Shown piece by piece: positions 37,775 to 47,824 of a stretch of DNA of 64,000 nt. The position numbers and the translations under genes are program-made. How positions within the stretch are numbered: position 1 is the first letter of the stretch; each line of letters begins with the position of its first letter. Below the pieces are notes generated by a model. It saw nothing but the letters and a program-made list of their open reading frames with translations. It had not been told where the DNA came from and ran no database searches. The stretch is from an uncultured Lentisphaerota bacterium (GTDB lineage Bacteria > Verrucomicrobiota > Kiritimatiellia > CAIQIC01), in NCBI GenBank assembly GCA_903912445.1, contig CAIWHP010000042.1, forward strand, positions 8,907-72,906, written 5' to 3'.

Positions 37775-40435
37775 TCATGACAAAAGCGGATCGGGTTTCT
37801 CGGGATCGATCTCGAGCGTCTTGAGCGCCTGTGCGACGACGTCGGACGAGATTTCGCCCTGGCGCGCGAGGCCGGCGAGCGCGGCGAGCGTGATGTGGCG
37901 CGCATCCACCTCGAAGTGGTCGCGCAGGCTGTCGCGCCCGTCGCTGCGGCCGAAGCCGTCGGTGCCGAGCGTGATGATCGGGCGCGGCATCCACCGGCAG
38001 ATCGCGTTCGGCAGCACCTTGAGGTAATCGCTGGCGCAGACGATCGCGCCGGGCGCGTCGCCGAGCTGCTGCGAGACGTGCGGCACGCGCGGCGCAACGC
38101 CGGGGTGCCGGATGTTCCAGCGCTCGGCCGCGATCGCCTCGCGGTGCAGTTCCTTGTAGCTGGTGACGCTCCACACGTCGGCGCTGACGCCGAACTTTTC
38201 GGCGAGCAGCTGCTGCGCCTTGACCGCCTCGTTGAGGATCGCGCCGCTGCCGAGCAACTGCGCGCGCAGCTTCGCGTTTTGCTCGGGCGCGCTGCGCAGC
38301 TTGTAGAGCCCGCGCAGGATGCCTTCCTCGGCGCCGGCGGGCATCGCGGGCTGCGCATAGTTCTCGTTCATCACGGTGATGTAATAGAACACGTCCTCGC
38401 CCTTCTCGTACATGCGGCGGATGCCGTCGCGGATGATGACGGCGAGCTCGTAGGCGTAGGCCGGGTCGTAGGCGAGCAGGTTCGGCACGGGCAGCGCAAG
38501 GATGTGGCTGTTGCCGTCCTGGTGCTGCAGGCCCTCGCCGGCGAGCGTCGTGCGGCCGGCGGTGCCGCCGAGGATGAAGCCGCGCGTGCGCTGGTCGGCC
38601 GCGGCCCAGATCAGGTCGCCGGTGCGCTGCAGGCCGAACATCGAGTAGAGGATGAAGATCGGGATCGTGTCCACGCCGTGCACGCTGTAGGCCGTGCCCG
38701 CGGCGATGAACGAGGCGAGCGAGCCGGTCTCGGTGATGCCTTCCTCGAGGATCTGGCCGTTCTTCGCCTCCTTGTAATAGAGGAAGCTGTCGGAATCCAC
38801 CGGCTCGTAGAGCTGGCCGGGATGCGAGTAGATGCCGCACTGGCGGAAGAGCGCCTCCATGCCGAAGGTGCGCGCCTCGTCGGGGACGATCGGCACGATC
38901 AGCTTGCCGAGCTGCGGATCCTTGAGCAGCTTGGTCAGGATGCGCACGGCGACCATTGTCGTCGAGACCTCGCGCTCGCTGCCGGCCTCGAATTCGGTGA
39001 ACACGTCGCCGGACGGCGGCGGCACGCTGATGAACTTGGTCGAGCGCTGCGGCAGGTAGCCGCCGAGCGCGGCGCGGCGCGCCTGCAGATATTTCATCTC
39101 CGGGCTGTCGTCGGACGGGCGGTAGAACGGCAGCTGGTCGATGTCCTCGTCGGAGATCGGCAGGCTGAAGCGGCTGCGGAACTCGCGCAGCTGCTCCTCG
39201 TTGAGCTTCTTCTGCGAGTGCGTGATGTTGCGGCCCTCGCCGCCCGCGCCCATGCCGTAGCCCTTGATCGTCTTCGCGAGCACCACGGTCGGCGCGCCCT
39301 CGAACTCCGTCGCCGCCTTGAACGCCGCGTAGACCTTGTCCGGGTCGTGGCCGCCGCGCGGCAGCTTGAACAGCTGGTCGTCGGTCAGCCGGCTGACCAT
39401 TTCCAGCAGGCGCGGGTCCTTGCCGAAGAAATGCTCGCGGATGTATTTGCCGCCGGCGACGACGTACTTCTGGTATTCGCCGTCCACGACCTCGCCCATG
39501 CGCCGCACGAGCAGGCCGTGCTTGTCCTGCGCCAGCAGCGGATCCCAGCCGCCGCCCCAGACGAGCTTGATCACGTTCCAGCCCGCGCCGCGGAACATCG
39601 CCTCGAGCTCCTGGATGATGTGGCCGTTGCCGCGGACGGGGCCGTCGAGCCGCTGCAGGTTGCAGTTCACGACGAAGATCAGGTCGTCGAGCTTCTCGCG
39701 CGCGGCCAGCGTGATCGCGCCGAGCGTCTCGGGCTCGTCGGTCTCGCCGTCGCCGAGGAACGCCCAGACCTTGCGGTTGCTCGGCGCGCTCAGACCGCGG
39801 TCCTCGAGATAGCGGATGAAGCGCGCCTGGTAAATCGCCTGGATCGGGCCGAGGCCCATCGAGACGGTCGGGAACTGCCAGAAATCCGGCATCAGCCACG
39901 GGTGCGGATAGGAGGACAGGCCGGGCTTGTCGTGCAGCTCGTGGCGGAAGTTCGCGAGGTGGTCCACGTTCAGCCGGCCCTCGAGGAACGCGCGCGCATA
40001 GATGCCCGGCGCCACATGGCCCTGGATGAAAACCAGGTCGCCGGGGTGCTGCTCGGTCTTCGCGTGGAAGAAATGATTGAAGCCGACCTCGTAGAGCGTC
40101 GCCGAGCTGGCGAACGACGAGATGTGGCCGCCGATGCCGTCCTCGCGCCGGTTCGCGCGCACGACCATGGCCATCGCGTTCCAGCGGATCAGGCTCTTGA
40201 TGCGCCGTTCCAGCTCCCGGTCGCCGGGGTAGGGCGGCTGCTTCTCGGTCGGGATCGTGTTGATGTAGGGCGTGTTCGCCGAGAATGGCATCGTGACGCC
40301 CGCGCGCTGGGCGTGCGTCTGCAGGTCGCGCAGCAGCCGCTGCGCGCGCTCCGTGCCGGACCGCGCCAGCAGGTCGTTGAACGACTCCAGCCAGTCCTGG
40401 GTTTCCTGCACCTCAATATTTTCCGCATCGCTCAT
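37775..40435 (-). CDS. aceE: Pyruvate dehydrogenase E1, homodimeric type
   Basis: Motifs RWNAMAMV, GLSSYPHPWLMPDFWQFPTVSMGLGP, GDGETDEPE, GEGLQHQDG. AAGGAG RBS. Confidence 0.96.
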   Translation of the reverse strand: MSDAENIEVQETQDWLESFNDLLARSGTERAQRLLRDLQTHAQRAGVTMPFSANTPYINTIPTEKQPPYPGDRELERRIKSLIRWNAMAMVVRANRREDGIGGHISSFASSATLYEVGFNHFFHAKTEQHPGDLVFIQGHVAPGIYARAFLEGRLNVDHLANFRHELHDKPGLSSYPHPWLMPDFWQFPTVSMGLGPIQAIYQARFIRYLEDRGLSAPSNRKVWAFLGDGETDEPETLGAITLAAREKLDDLIFVVNCNLQRLDGPVRGNGHIIQELEAMFRGAGWNVIKLVWGGGWDPLLAQDKHGLLVRRMGEVVDGEYQKYVVAGGKYIREHFFGKDPRLLEMVSRLTDDQLFKLPRGGHDPDKVYAAFKAATEFEGAPTVVLAKTIKGYGMGAGGEGRNITHSQKKLNEEQLREFRSRFSLPISDEDIDQLPFYRPSDDSPEMKYLQARRAALGGYLPQRSTKFISVPPPSGDVFTEFEAGSEREVSTTMVAVRILTKLLKDPQLGKLIVPIVPDEARTFGMEALFRQCGIYSHPGQLYEPVDSDSFLYYKEAKNGQILEEGITETGSLASFIAAGTAYSVHGVDTIPIFILYSMFGLQRTGDLIWAAADQRTRGFILGGTAGRTTLAGEGLQHQDGNSHILALPVPNLLAYDPAYAYELAVIIRDGIRRMYEKGEDVFYYITVMNENYAQPAMPAGAEEGILRGLYKLRSAPEQNAKLRAQLLGSGAILNEAVKAQQLLAEKFGVSADVWSVTSYKELHREAIAAERWNIRHPGVAPRVPHVSQQLGDAPGAIVCASDYLKVLPNAICRWMPRPIITLGTDGFGRSDGRDSLRDHFEVDARHITLAALAGLARQGEISSDVVAQALKTLEIDPEKPDPLLS

Positions 40436-40587
40436 CGGGGCTCCTTCACACATCCGTGCCATCAAGGCGGCGAAATTAGCACAGAACCGCGCAGTTTTCC
40501 AAACCTTGCCGACATCGGGAACCTTGTGCCAGACGCCGCGTGCGATCACGCGGCCTGCAAATTCATTTATTCACATTGGTTTTTCGT

Positions 40588-40612
40588 TGTAGGCCGGGTG
40601 ACCGACCCGGCG
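40588..40612 (+). repeat. GTAG-type REP (copy of 12211-12235)
   Basis: TGTAGGCCGGGTGACCGACCCGGCG, 1 mismatch. Confidence 0.8.
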
Positions 40613-40796
40613 CAACAGGCGCTGGCCGGTATCGTCAAATTCAGGCGCTTACGGCGTGGAGTGCCGGGATACTGCACACCGCCCCATGAGCCGGAGTACG
40701 ACCGCTTGTGCCATGGCCCAGCATCGGGCTTGCACTTTGGCTGCGAAATCGGCGAAATGCCGCCGTGTCTGCGCGCCAACGAAAGGGCTGGGATCT

Positions 40797-41762
40797 GTGA
40801 ACACAAATTTAGGTTCGATCATCGCCGGGGCGCTGGCGCCCGGCATCCTGTGCGCGGCCGCCACGCCTGTCGCCACGGTCACCAACATGCCCGGGCTCGT
40901 CGCGTTCTGGACCTTTGGGGAGGAAGCCGGGCAGCCGCGCCACTCGGTCGGCACGCCGGACCCGCATCCGCTGCTCGAAATCGGCGGGCCGATCGCGCGC
41001 GTCGCCGGCGGGCCGTTCTCCGGCTATGCGGCGGACCTGAACGGAAAGCAGTACTTGCACATCCCCTATGCCGCGACGGGCGACCTGAACATCTCCGGCC
41101 CCGCGGCGCAGGTGAGCATGTTCGCCGCCGTGCGCATCATCGACCTCAAGCGCAGCCGCACCATCGCCGGCATGTGGAGCGAGGGGCAGGGCGCGGGCGA
41201 CGACAGCGGCACGCGGCAATACGCCTTGCTGATGAACATGCCGACCTACGGCGGGCCCAATCAGCTCGTGCCGCACATCTCCAGCGAGGGCGGCGTCACG
41301 CGCCGCGCCGACGGCAGCGCGTTCCCGTGGTGCGGCGACTACGCGGCGTCGCAGTCGGCCGTGCCCACCGGGCGCTGGTGCACGCTCGGGTTCACCTACG
41401 ACGGCCGGTTCATCCGCGCCTATATCAACGGCGTGCTCGATGCGCGGCCGTTCGATCCCGTGAAGGACAAGCGGACCGACCGCTACTACACCCACGAAGG
41501 CCCCGACGGCGGTCCGCGCGGCATCAACCCCTATTTCCACGGCCGCGGCATCTTCCGTTTCGATCCGGCGCTCCATGCCAAAACCAAGCCGATGGGCGGC
41601 TCCGATTTCACCGTCGGCGCGCGCTACGCCGTCGGCCACCCGCTGGGCGAAGGCTCGGCGACGGTCGGCAAGTTCGGTGGCCTCGCCGTCTTCAACCGCG
41701 CCATCACCGACGCGGAGATGAAGACCCTGCACGAGGCCGCCCGCATCGCGGATCTGAAATGA
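40797..41762 (+). CDS. LamG/ConA-like jelly-roll protein (start uncertain)
   Basis: [26 protein letters not shown] and [14 protein letters not shown] patterns. Confidence 0.7.
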   Translation: MNTNLGSIIAGALAPGILCAAATPVATVTNMPGLVAFWTFGEEAGQPRHSVGTPDPHPLLEIGGPIARVAGGPFSGYAADLNGKQYLHIPYAATGDLNISGPAAQVSMFAAVRIIDLKRSRTIAGMWSEGQGAGDDSGTRQYALLMNMPTYGGPNQLVPHISSEGGVTRRADGSAFPWCGDYAASQSAVPTGRWCTLGFTYDGRFIRAYINGVLDARPFDPVKDKRTDRYYTHEGPDGGPRGINPYFHGRGIFRFDPALHAKTKPMGGSDFTVGARYAVGHPLGEGSATVGKFGGLAVFNRAITDAEMKTLHEAARIADLK

Positions 41763-41778
41763 GTGGGATTCAACGACC

Positions 41779-42267
41779 ATGAAACTTGCCATCCGCCCCG
41801 CGACCGCGGCCGACGTGCCGCTGATCCTCCAGTTCATCCGCGAGCTGGCCGACTACGAGCACCTGACGCACGAGGTCACCGCGACCGAGGAAAAACTGCG
41901 CGCCACGCTGTTCGACCCGCGTCCGTTCGCCGAGGCGCTGATCGGTTGCGTGGATGGCGAGCCGGCGGGGTTTGCGGTGTTCCTGCACAACTACTCAACC
42001 TTCCTTGCGCAGCCGGGCCTCTACCTCGAAGACCTCTTCGTGCGCCCGGCGTTCCGCAAGCTGGGCCTGGGCAAGGCGTTGATCGCCGCCGTCGCGCGCA
42101 TCGCCGTCGAACGCGGCTGCGGCCGCTACGAGTGGTCCGTGCTCGACTGGAACACGCCCTCCATCGCCTTCTACCAAAGCCTCGGCGCGGAAATGCACGG
42201 CGACTGGCGGCGCATGCGCCTGACCGGCGCACCGCTGGCGGCGCTGGCCCAGGCAACCGCGCGCTGA
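41779..42267 (+). CDS. GNAT N-acetyltransferase (diamine acetyltransferase-like)
   Basis: Motifs IRELADYE, YLEDLFVRP..RKLGLG, WSVLDWNTPSIAFY. Confidence 0.92.
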   Translation: MKLAIRPATAADVPLILQFIRELADYEHLTHEVTATEEKLRATLFDPRPFAEALIGCVDGEPAGFAVFLHNYSTFLAQPGLYLEDLFVRPAFRKLGLGKALIAAVARIAVERGCGRYEWSVLDWNTPSIAFYQSLGAEMHGDWRRMRLTGAPLAALAQATAR

Positions 42268-42269
42268 TT

Positions 42270-42317
42270 TTTCCAAGGTCTGGAAAATAAGGCGTTCGGG
42301 TTTCCAATGCTTGGAAA
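42270..42317. repeat. 17-bp dyad doublet (period 31)
   Basis: TTTCCAAGGTCTGGAAA 42270, TTTCCAATGCTTGGAAA 42301, between convergent genes. Confidence 0.92.
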
Positions 42318-42341
42318 ACTTTCCGGCGGGTTGGAAGGGCC

Positions 42342-43886
42342 TCAGGTTTCGAGGACGATCTTCCAGCCGAGCGCGTCGGCGAGCGCCTGCACGGGCGCCT
42401 TGAGGTCGCCGTAGGCGGTGACGCGGTGCCAGCCCCACTGGTCCCACGCGGTGAACAGCTTCTCGAAATCGCCGAGCGGTTCGCCACAGAGCTTCGTGCG
42501 GCAGGCGCGGTCGTCGGGGTCGTTGGCGACGGCCTTGGCCTGGTGCAGCAGGATTTCCTTGCGCGCGGGCTGGATCTCCAGCGTCGTGGTCAGGTAGCCG
42601 GTGGGCAGAAGCGAGCGCACCGAGGCGCCCTGCCGGTCCTCGGAGTGCGTCAGGATGTGGAACGGGTTCGTCGGGCCGGTCGGGCCGAACGCCTTGTTGG
42701 GGGCCACACAGTGGGCGTAGATGATCTGCCGCTTGGCGCTGTCCATCACGGGATCGGAGATGTAGCCCGGCCTGCCCTGCGTCAGCGTGGTGATGGCGAC
42801 CATGGTCGCGGTCGAGCGCACGTCGCATTCGCAGGCGCCGATCAGGCCCTCGTTGCACAACTCATGGAAGCCGAGGCACGGGTAGGCGTGGATGTGGCCG
42901 CCGTAGAAACCGCCGAGGCAGTTGACCGTGATGGCGTTGGCATCGTGCTTCTTCAGGACGGCCTTCATGCCCAGGTACATCGCCGCGGAGGTTTCGAGCG
43001 TCTCGCGGCTGACGCCCTCGATCGAGGCGGCGGTCTTCTGCCAGCGGTCGGCGATGGCGCGCGCGGCATCCTTGTCGGCGGCTTCCCACGCCGCGTTGAG
43101 TTCGGCGAACGCGACGCGCTCCTGCGGGATCGCCAGGATCGGCTCGGCCGGGCCGGCCTCCTGGTTGCGGATGGCGAGAATCTTCCCGGCCTTCATCCGC
43201 CGCACACAGTCCTCCGTCGAAAGCAGCTTGAACTCGTCGCTCTTGCAGCCCAGGTCGCCGGCCAGCGGCGTGCGCTCGCCGCGCAGCCGCGCGGTCGCCG
43301 CGACGAAGGCCGCGGGCGTACCGCCCTGCCTCACGACGTCGAAGCACTGCACCGCCGCAACCAGGTCGGCCAGCTTCGACGACGCGACGAAGCCGACGTT
43401 TGCCGACTGCGCGCGCAGGAAGGCCGCCGTGTAGACGAGGAAGCCGCCGCTGCCCGCGAATTGGAAATCGGCGTAGAGCACCGGCTTGCCGGAGGTCGCG
43501 ATCGTCTGCACGACCTTGTTCCAGCAGTTCATCTGCATGACGACGTAGCCGGCCACAGGGACCGCCTTGTCGGCCTCGAGGATTTTCTGCGCCTCCTCCG
43601 GGCCGGTCGCCTGTGTCGGGACGAACTCGAAACCGGAGCATTGCTGTGCCAGTTCGGTGTTGAACCGGTCCATCACCGGGGCGAAATCGAAGCCGACGTT
43701 CGGCCAGTCCGGGCGCGGCTGCTTGGTCGCGTGGAGCGCATAGATGATGCGGATGCGCGGTTTCCTTTCCACGGCACAGGCCGTGCGTGGCGCGGCCAGC
43801 AGGCCCGCGGCGCACGCCGCGCCGCCGGCTGCGAGAAAGCGCCGGCGGCTCATCGGACAACCAGAGCAACCCAGGTTCGTTTGCAT
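42342..43886 (-). CDS. Tat-signal protein with L-fucose/L-arabinose isomerase-like domain
   Basis: SRRRFL signal. Motifs TVNCL..YPCLGF..GACECD, ISDP, YAHC, CRTK, HRV. Confidence 0.65.
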   Translation of the reverse strand: MQTNLGCSGCPMSRRRFLAAGGAACAAGLLAAPRTACAVERKPRIRIIYALHATKQPRPDWPNVGFDFAPVMDRFNTELAQQCSGFEFVPTQATGPEEAQKILEADKAVPVAGYVVMQMNCWNKVVQTIATSGKPVLYADFQFAGSGGFLVYTAAFLRAQSANVGFVASSKLADLVAAVQCFDVVRQGGTPAAFVAATARLRGERTPLAGDLGCKSDEFKLLSTEDCVRRMKAGKILAIRNQEAGPAEPILAIPQERVAFAELNAAWEAADKDAARAIADRWQKTAASIEGVSRETLETSAAMYLGMKAVLKKHDANAITVNCLGGFYGGHIHAYPCLGFHELCNEGLIGACECDVRSTATMVAITTLTQGRPGYISDPVMDSAKRQIIYAHCVAPNKAFGPTGPTNPFHILTHSEDRQGASVRSLLPTGYLTTTLEIQPARKEILLHQAKAVANDPDDRACRTKLCGEPLGDFEKLFTAWDQWGWHRVTAYGDLKAPVQALADALGWKIVLET

Positions 43887-44022
43887 GCTGACTCCTTTGC
43901 GGCAGGGCTTGTTTCGCAGCCCCAGCCAGCGCTGGCGAAACTAGCAAAAACCGTCCAGCGCGCCAATGTGAAAAGCTCTTTCCGGCCTTGCTGCATCGCC
44001 GGCCCGCTCCTATGCTGCGCGC

Positions 44023-45024
44023 ATGAAAACCGCATGGCTTGCCGCCGCCCTGCTCGCCTTGATGCGGCACGCTTCTGCCGACGGCTTGGCGGCGCGCTAT
44101 CCCGGCGACGCCGGCATCGCCGGGGACCCGGACGTGCTGTTCGCGGAGTCATTCGCGGAAACCTCCATCGCGGCGCTGGCGCAGCAGTGGACGGAGGCGA
44201 AGGGCGCGCGGGACGGGACGCTGGCGTTTGCGGCGGACGTGCCGCCGGGCAGTCCGGGCCGGCAGTCGCTCCGGATCACCGCGACGAAGGGCAAGAACAC
44301 GGGCGGCCACCTGTGGAAGCTGATCAAGCCGGGCGTGGACGAGATGTACGCGCGGTTCTATGTGAAGTTCAGCCAGGACCATCCCTACGTGCACCACTTC
44401 GTGAAGCTTGGCGCGTGGAAGGATTCGCCCAACTGGCCGCAGGGCGAGGCGGGCCACCGGCATGACGGCGCAAAAAGCTTCCAGACCGGCATCGAGCCGG
44501 CGTCGGCGGGGGGCCGGTTCGATCCGCCGGGTGCGTGGCACTTCTACACCTACTGGTGCGGGATGCGGAGCTGGCAGGGTCCGGAGGGGACGAGCTGCTA
44601 CGGCAACGACTTCGCGCCGGCGGCGGCGCAACCGGTGCCGCGCGGACGCTGGCAATGCGTCGAGTTCATGGTCAAGGCGAACACCGCGCCCGACCGCCAC
44701 GACGGCGAGCAGGCGTTCTGGATCGATGGCCGGCTTGCCGGCCGCTGGGCGCCGGGCACGCCGCGCGGGCGCTGGCTCAAGGACCGGTTCATCGCCCGCG
44801 AGGATGGCGAGCCGTTCGAGGGCTTCCGTTGGCGGACCGATGACGCCGTGAAGCTCAACACCTTCTGGCTGCTCTACTACATGGAAAGCGTCTTCAAGGG
44901 GGACGCACAGTTCAAGCCGCGGGCGGGCGTCCTGCAGAATCCCGACGCCGGCACGGTCTGGTTCGCGCACGTCGTCGTCGCCCGGAAATACATCGGCCCG
45001 CTCGCGCCCGCCGGCGCGCGCTGA
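44023..45024 (+). CDS. Secreted hypothetical protein, polysaccharide-lyase/ConA-like fold
   Basis: Signal peptide. YARFYVKF and RGRWQCVEFMVKANT..DGEQAFWIDG patterns. Confidence 0.55.
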   Translation: MKTAWLAAALLALMRHASADGLAARYPGDAGIAGDPDVLFAESFAETSIAALAQQWTEAKGARDGTLAFAADVPPGSPGRQSLRITATKGKNTGGHLWKLIKPGVDEMYARFYVKFSQDHPYVHHFVKLGAWKDSPNWPQGEAGHRHDGAKSFQTGIEPASAGGRFDPPGAWHFYTYWCGMRSWQGPEGTSCYGNDFAPAAAQPVPRGRWQCVEFMVKANTAPDRHDGEQAFWIDGRLAGRWAPGTPRGRWLKDRFIAREDGEPFEGFRWRTDDAVKLNTFWLLYYMESVFKGDAQFKPRAGVLQNPDAGTVWFAHVVVARKYIGPLAPAGAR

Positions 45025-45099
45025 AAGCTCCAGTCTTGTCGGCACCGACCATGGTCTGTTTCGTCTGCGCCTCTGACGCGCCGCGCGAAGCGGAAGATG

Positions 45100-45220
45100 C
45101 GACAGAATCATTTGACGGCAGAGCCATTTTGACACGACGTGCGCGATACGCTTGCTGGCGACAAAGTCGGCGCACTCTGATCTTCGCCTTCCAATGATTC
45201 TGCCATCAATGGTTCTGTCG
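45100..45220. repeat. Intergenic inverted repeat (RCAGAAYCATT subunits)
   Basis: CGACAGAATCATTTGACGGCAGAGCCATT 45100-45128 pairs with AATGATTCTGCCATCAATGGTTCTGTCG 45193-45220. Confidence 0.7.
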
Positions 45221-45335
45221 AACTCCGAGCGACCCGTAGTGCGGCTTTCCCCGTCAGCAAACCGCCCGCCCACAAGAAGGCAAGGCGATACCGGAAAACT
45301 TGTCGCGGCGCGGGCGCGGCACTATGATGCGCGCC

Positions 45336-46349
45336 ATGAAAAAAATCCTCCTGCCGCTGCTGGGCCTCGCGCTCGGCCTTGCCGTGACGGTACGCGCCGA
45401 ACCGCTCCGGGTGATCTTCGACACCGACGTGGGCAACGATGTGGATGATGCGCTGGCGCTGGCGATGCTCCACTCGCTTGAAAGCCGCGGCGAGTGCAAG
45501 CTGCTCGCGGTGACGCTGACCAAGGACAGCCCCTTCGCCGTGGCGTTCACCGATCTGCTCAACACGTTCTATGGCCGCGGCGGGATTCCGATCGGCCGCG
45601 TCAAGAACGGCAAGACGTCGGAGCCGGGCAAGTTCCTGCAGGCGGTCGTCGAGGCGCGCGACGAGCGCGGCGCGCTGCTTTATCCGCGGCGGCTGGCGCC
45701 GGATGCGGCCGTGCCGGAGGCCGTCGCGCTGCTGCGCAAGACGCTCGCGGCGCAGCCCGATGGCTCGGTGGTGCTGATCCAGGTCGGGTTCTTCTCGAAC
45801 TTCGCGCGGCTGCTGGAGTCGCCGCCGGACGAGTTTTCGCCGCTCGCCGGCCGCGAGCTGGTCATCCGCAAGGTCAAGCTGCTCTCGGCGATGGCGGGCC
45901 GCTTCAACGACAAGAAGGGCCGCGAGTACAACGTCTTCATCGACACGCCCGCCTCGCAGAAACTTTGCAGCGACTGGCCGACGCCGGTTTATTTTTCGCC
46001 GTGGGAGCTGGGCGAGAGCATGAAGTTCCCGGCCGTCAGCATCGAGCGCGACTTCAGCTATGTGGCGCACCACCCTGTGACCGACGCGTACCGGGCCTAC
46101 ATGAAGTTTCCCTATGACCGCCAGACGTGGGACCTGACGAGCGTGCTGTTCGCGGTGCGCCAGGACCGCGGCTACTTCACCGTGAGTGAGCCATGCCGTG
46201 TGACGGTGGACGACAAGGGCAAGACGGTGCTCAACGTTGATCCGCAGGGCAAACATTACATCCTCTCGGCGACGCCGGAGCAGCGGGCGCGCACGCTGGA
46301 GGCGCTGATCGCGCTGTCCTCGCAGCCGCCGGACAAACCTTCCAAATGA
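45336..46349 (+). CDS. Nucleoside hydrolase family protein with signal peptide
   Basis: IFDTDVGNDVDDALA, EYNV and WD motifs. Confidence 0.85.
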   Translation: MKKILLPLLGLALGLAVTVRAEPLRVIFDTDVGNDVDDALALAMLHSLESRGECKLLAVTLTKDSPFAVAFTDLLNTFYGRGGIPIGRVKNGKTSEPGKFLQAVVEARDERGALLYPRRLAPDAAVPEAVALLRKTLAAQPDGSVVLIQVGFFSNFARLLESPPDEFSPLAGRELVIRKVKLLSAMAGRFNDKKGREYNVFIDTPASQKLCSDWPTPVYFSPWELGESMKFPAVSIERDFSYVAHHPVTDAYRAYMKFPYDRQTWDLTSVLFAVRQDRGYFTVSEPCRVTVDDKGKTVLNVDPQGKHYILSATPEQRARTLEALIALSSQPPDKPSK

Positions 46350-47518
46350 GCAAGTCCATGCTGAAGTCACTCCCGCCCGCACTCGCCTGTGCCACGCTGC
46401 TGGCCGGCTGCGCCACGCCCTTCAATGGGCTGACCACCAACCTCGGCAACCTTTACCGCACGTCGGACGCGCAGTCGCGCTCGATCTGCCCGGAGAATTT
46501 CACCGGCGAAAAAGGCGCCGCGGGCATGGCGACCACCGGCACCGGTACGCGCGCTTCGAGCGACCTCGGCCGCGGCTGGAAGGTATCGCCCTCGGTGCGC
46601 ATCAAGGCGAAAACCGTCTTCACGCTGGCCGACATCGCCGGCTCCGGCTGCATCCAGCAGATCTGGATGACGCCCACCGGCAACTGGCGCACCTCGATCC
46701 TCCGCTGCTACTGGGATGGCGAGACGCTGCCGTCGGTCGAATGTCCTGTCGGCGATTTCTTCGCCTGCGGCTGGGGCAAGTATTGCCAGATCAACTCCGC
46801 CGCCGTCTGCGTCAACCCCGGCAGCGCGTTCAACTGCTACTGGCCGATGCCGTTCCGCCGGCGCGCGCGCATCACGCTGGAGAACCTCGCCGACAAGGAA
46901 ATGACGCTCTATTACCAGATCAACTACGCCCTCGCGAAGGTGCCCGCCGATGCCGGGACGTTCCACGCGCAGTTCCGCCGCGAGAGCACGCTCAAGCAGA
47001 AGGGCCTCTACACCATCCTCGACGGCGTCGCCGGCCGCGGCCAGTACGTGGGCACCTACCTGGCGTGGGAAGTCCACAGCCCCCGCTGGTGGGGCGAGGG
47101 CGAGATCAAGTTCTTCCTCGACGGCGACAAGGAATTCCCGACGATCTGCGGCACCGGCACGGAGGATTATTTCTGCGGCAGCTACAACTTCGAGAACCGC
47201 GACACGAAAAAATACCAGACCTTCTCCACGCCCTACAGCGGCCTGGCCCAGGTGCTGCCGCCCGATCAGATCTATCAGCCCGGCCAGCGCTTCGGGCTCT
47301 ACCGCTGGCACATCGCCGACCCCGTGCGTTTCCAGCAAGATGTGCGCGTGACCATCCAGGCACTCGGCTGGCAGCAGGGCGGCAAATACCTGCAACTGGA
47401 CGACGACATTTCGTCCGTCGCCTTCTGGTATCAGCAGGAGCCCCACGCGGCGTTCCCCCCGCTGCCCGCGCAGCTGGAGTTCGCCCCGCAGCTGCCGGCG
47501 CCGGAAAAGAAACCGTGA
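46346..47518 (+). CDS. DUF2961/GH172 family glycoside hydrolase, lipoprotein
   Basis: LAGC lipobox. Motifs SRSICPENFTGEKG, PVGDFF, WWGEGE, GTGTEDYF. Confidence 0.88.
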   Translation: MSKSMLKSLPPALACATLLAGCATPFNGLTTNLGNLYRTSDAQSRSICPENFTGEKGAAGMATTGTGTRASSDLGRGWKVSPSVRIKAKTVFTLADIAGSGCIQQIWMTPTGNWRTSILRCYWDGETLPSVECPVGDFFACGWGKYCQINSAAVCVNPGSAFNCYWPMPFRRRARITLENLADKEMTLYYQINYALAKVPADAGTFHAQFRRESTLKQKGLYTILDGVAGRGQYVGTYLAWEVHSPRWWGEGEIKFFLDGDKEFPTICGTGTEDYFCGSYNFENRDTKKYQTFSTPYSGLAQVLPPDQIYQPGQRFGLYRWHIADPVRFQQDVRVTIQALGWQQGGKYLQLDDDISSVAFWYQQEPHAAFPPLPAQLEFAPQLPAPEKKP

Positions 47519-47557
47519 GCCGGGAACGCCCGGTGCTGCTCGCGGCACGAAGCCATA

Positions 47558-47596
47558 TTGACATACGGGGAGGGTAGCCATACTGTTCACCGTATG
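47558..47596 (+). promoter_or_regulatory. vapBC promoter with overlapping inverted-repeat operator
   Basis: TTGACA(47558)-17 bp-TACTGT(47581). CATACGG(47562-47568) and CCGTATG(47590-47596) form an inverted pair. Confidence 0.75.
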
Positions 47597-47824
47597 AAGA
47601 CGACGCTAGAGATTGACGAAAAGCGTTTACGTAGCGTGATGGCCCTGACGGGGCTCAAGACGCGCCGCGCCGCGGTGGACTACAGCCTGGCCGAGGTCGA
47701 ACGTCTGGCGCGCGTGAACCAGGTAATGGAGCGGGCGTGGTCGCCGGAGCAACTCAAAGATGTGCTCGACCCGCGTTACGATGTGGTCGCACTGCGCGAA
47801 CGGGAGCGGCCGGGGCGTAAATGA
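47594..47824 (+). CDS. vapB: VapB-family antitoxin
   Basis: MKTTLEIDE..MALTGLKTRRAAVD RHH-type pattern. Overlaps the start of the PIN gene. Confidence 0.85.
   Translation: MKTTLEIDEKRLRSVMALTGLKTRRAAVDYSLAEVERLARVNQVMERAWSPEQLKDVLDPRYDVVALRERERPGRK

Noticed and set aside
42270-42317. Dyad doublets as simple intrinsic terminators
   Set aside because: The stems are short and AT-rich, copies also occur between divergent genes and inside operons, and termination would not explain the fixed 31-32 bp period.
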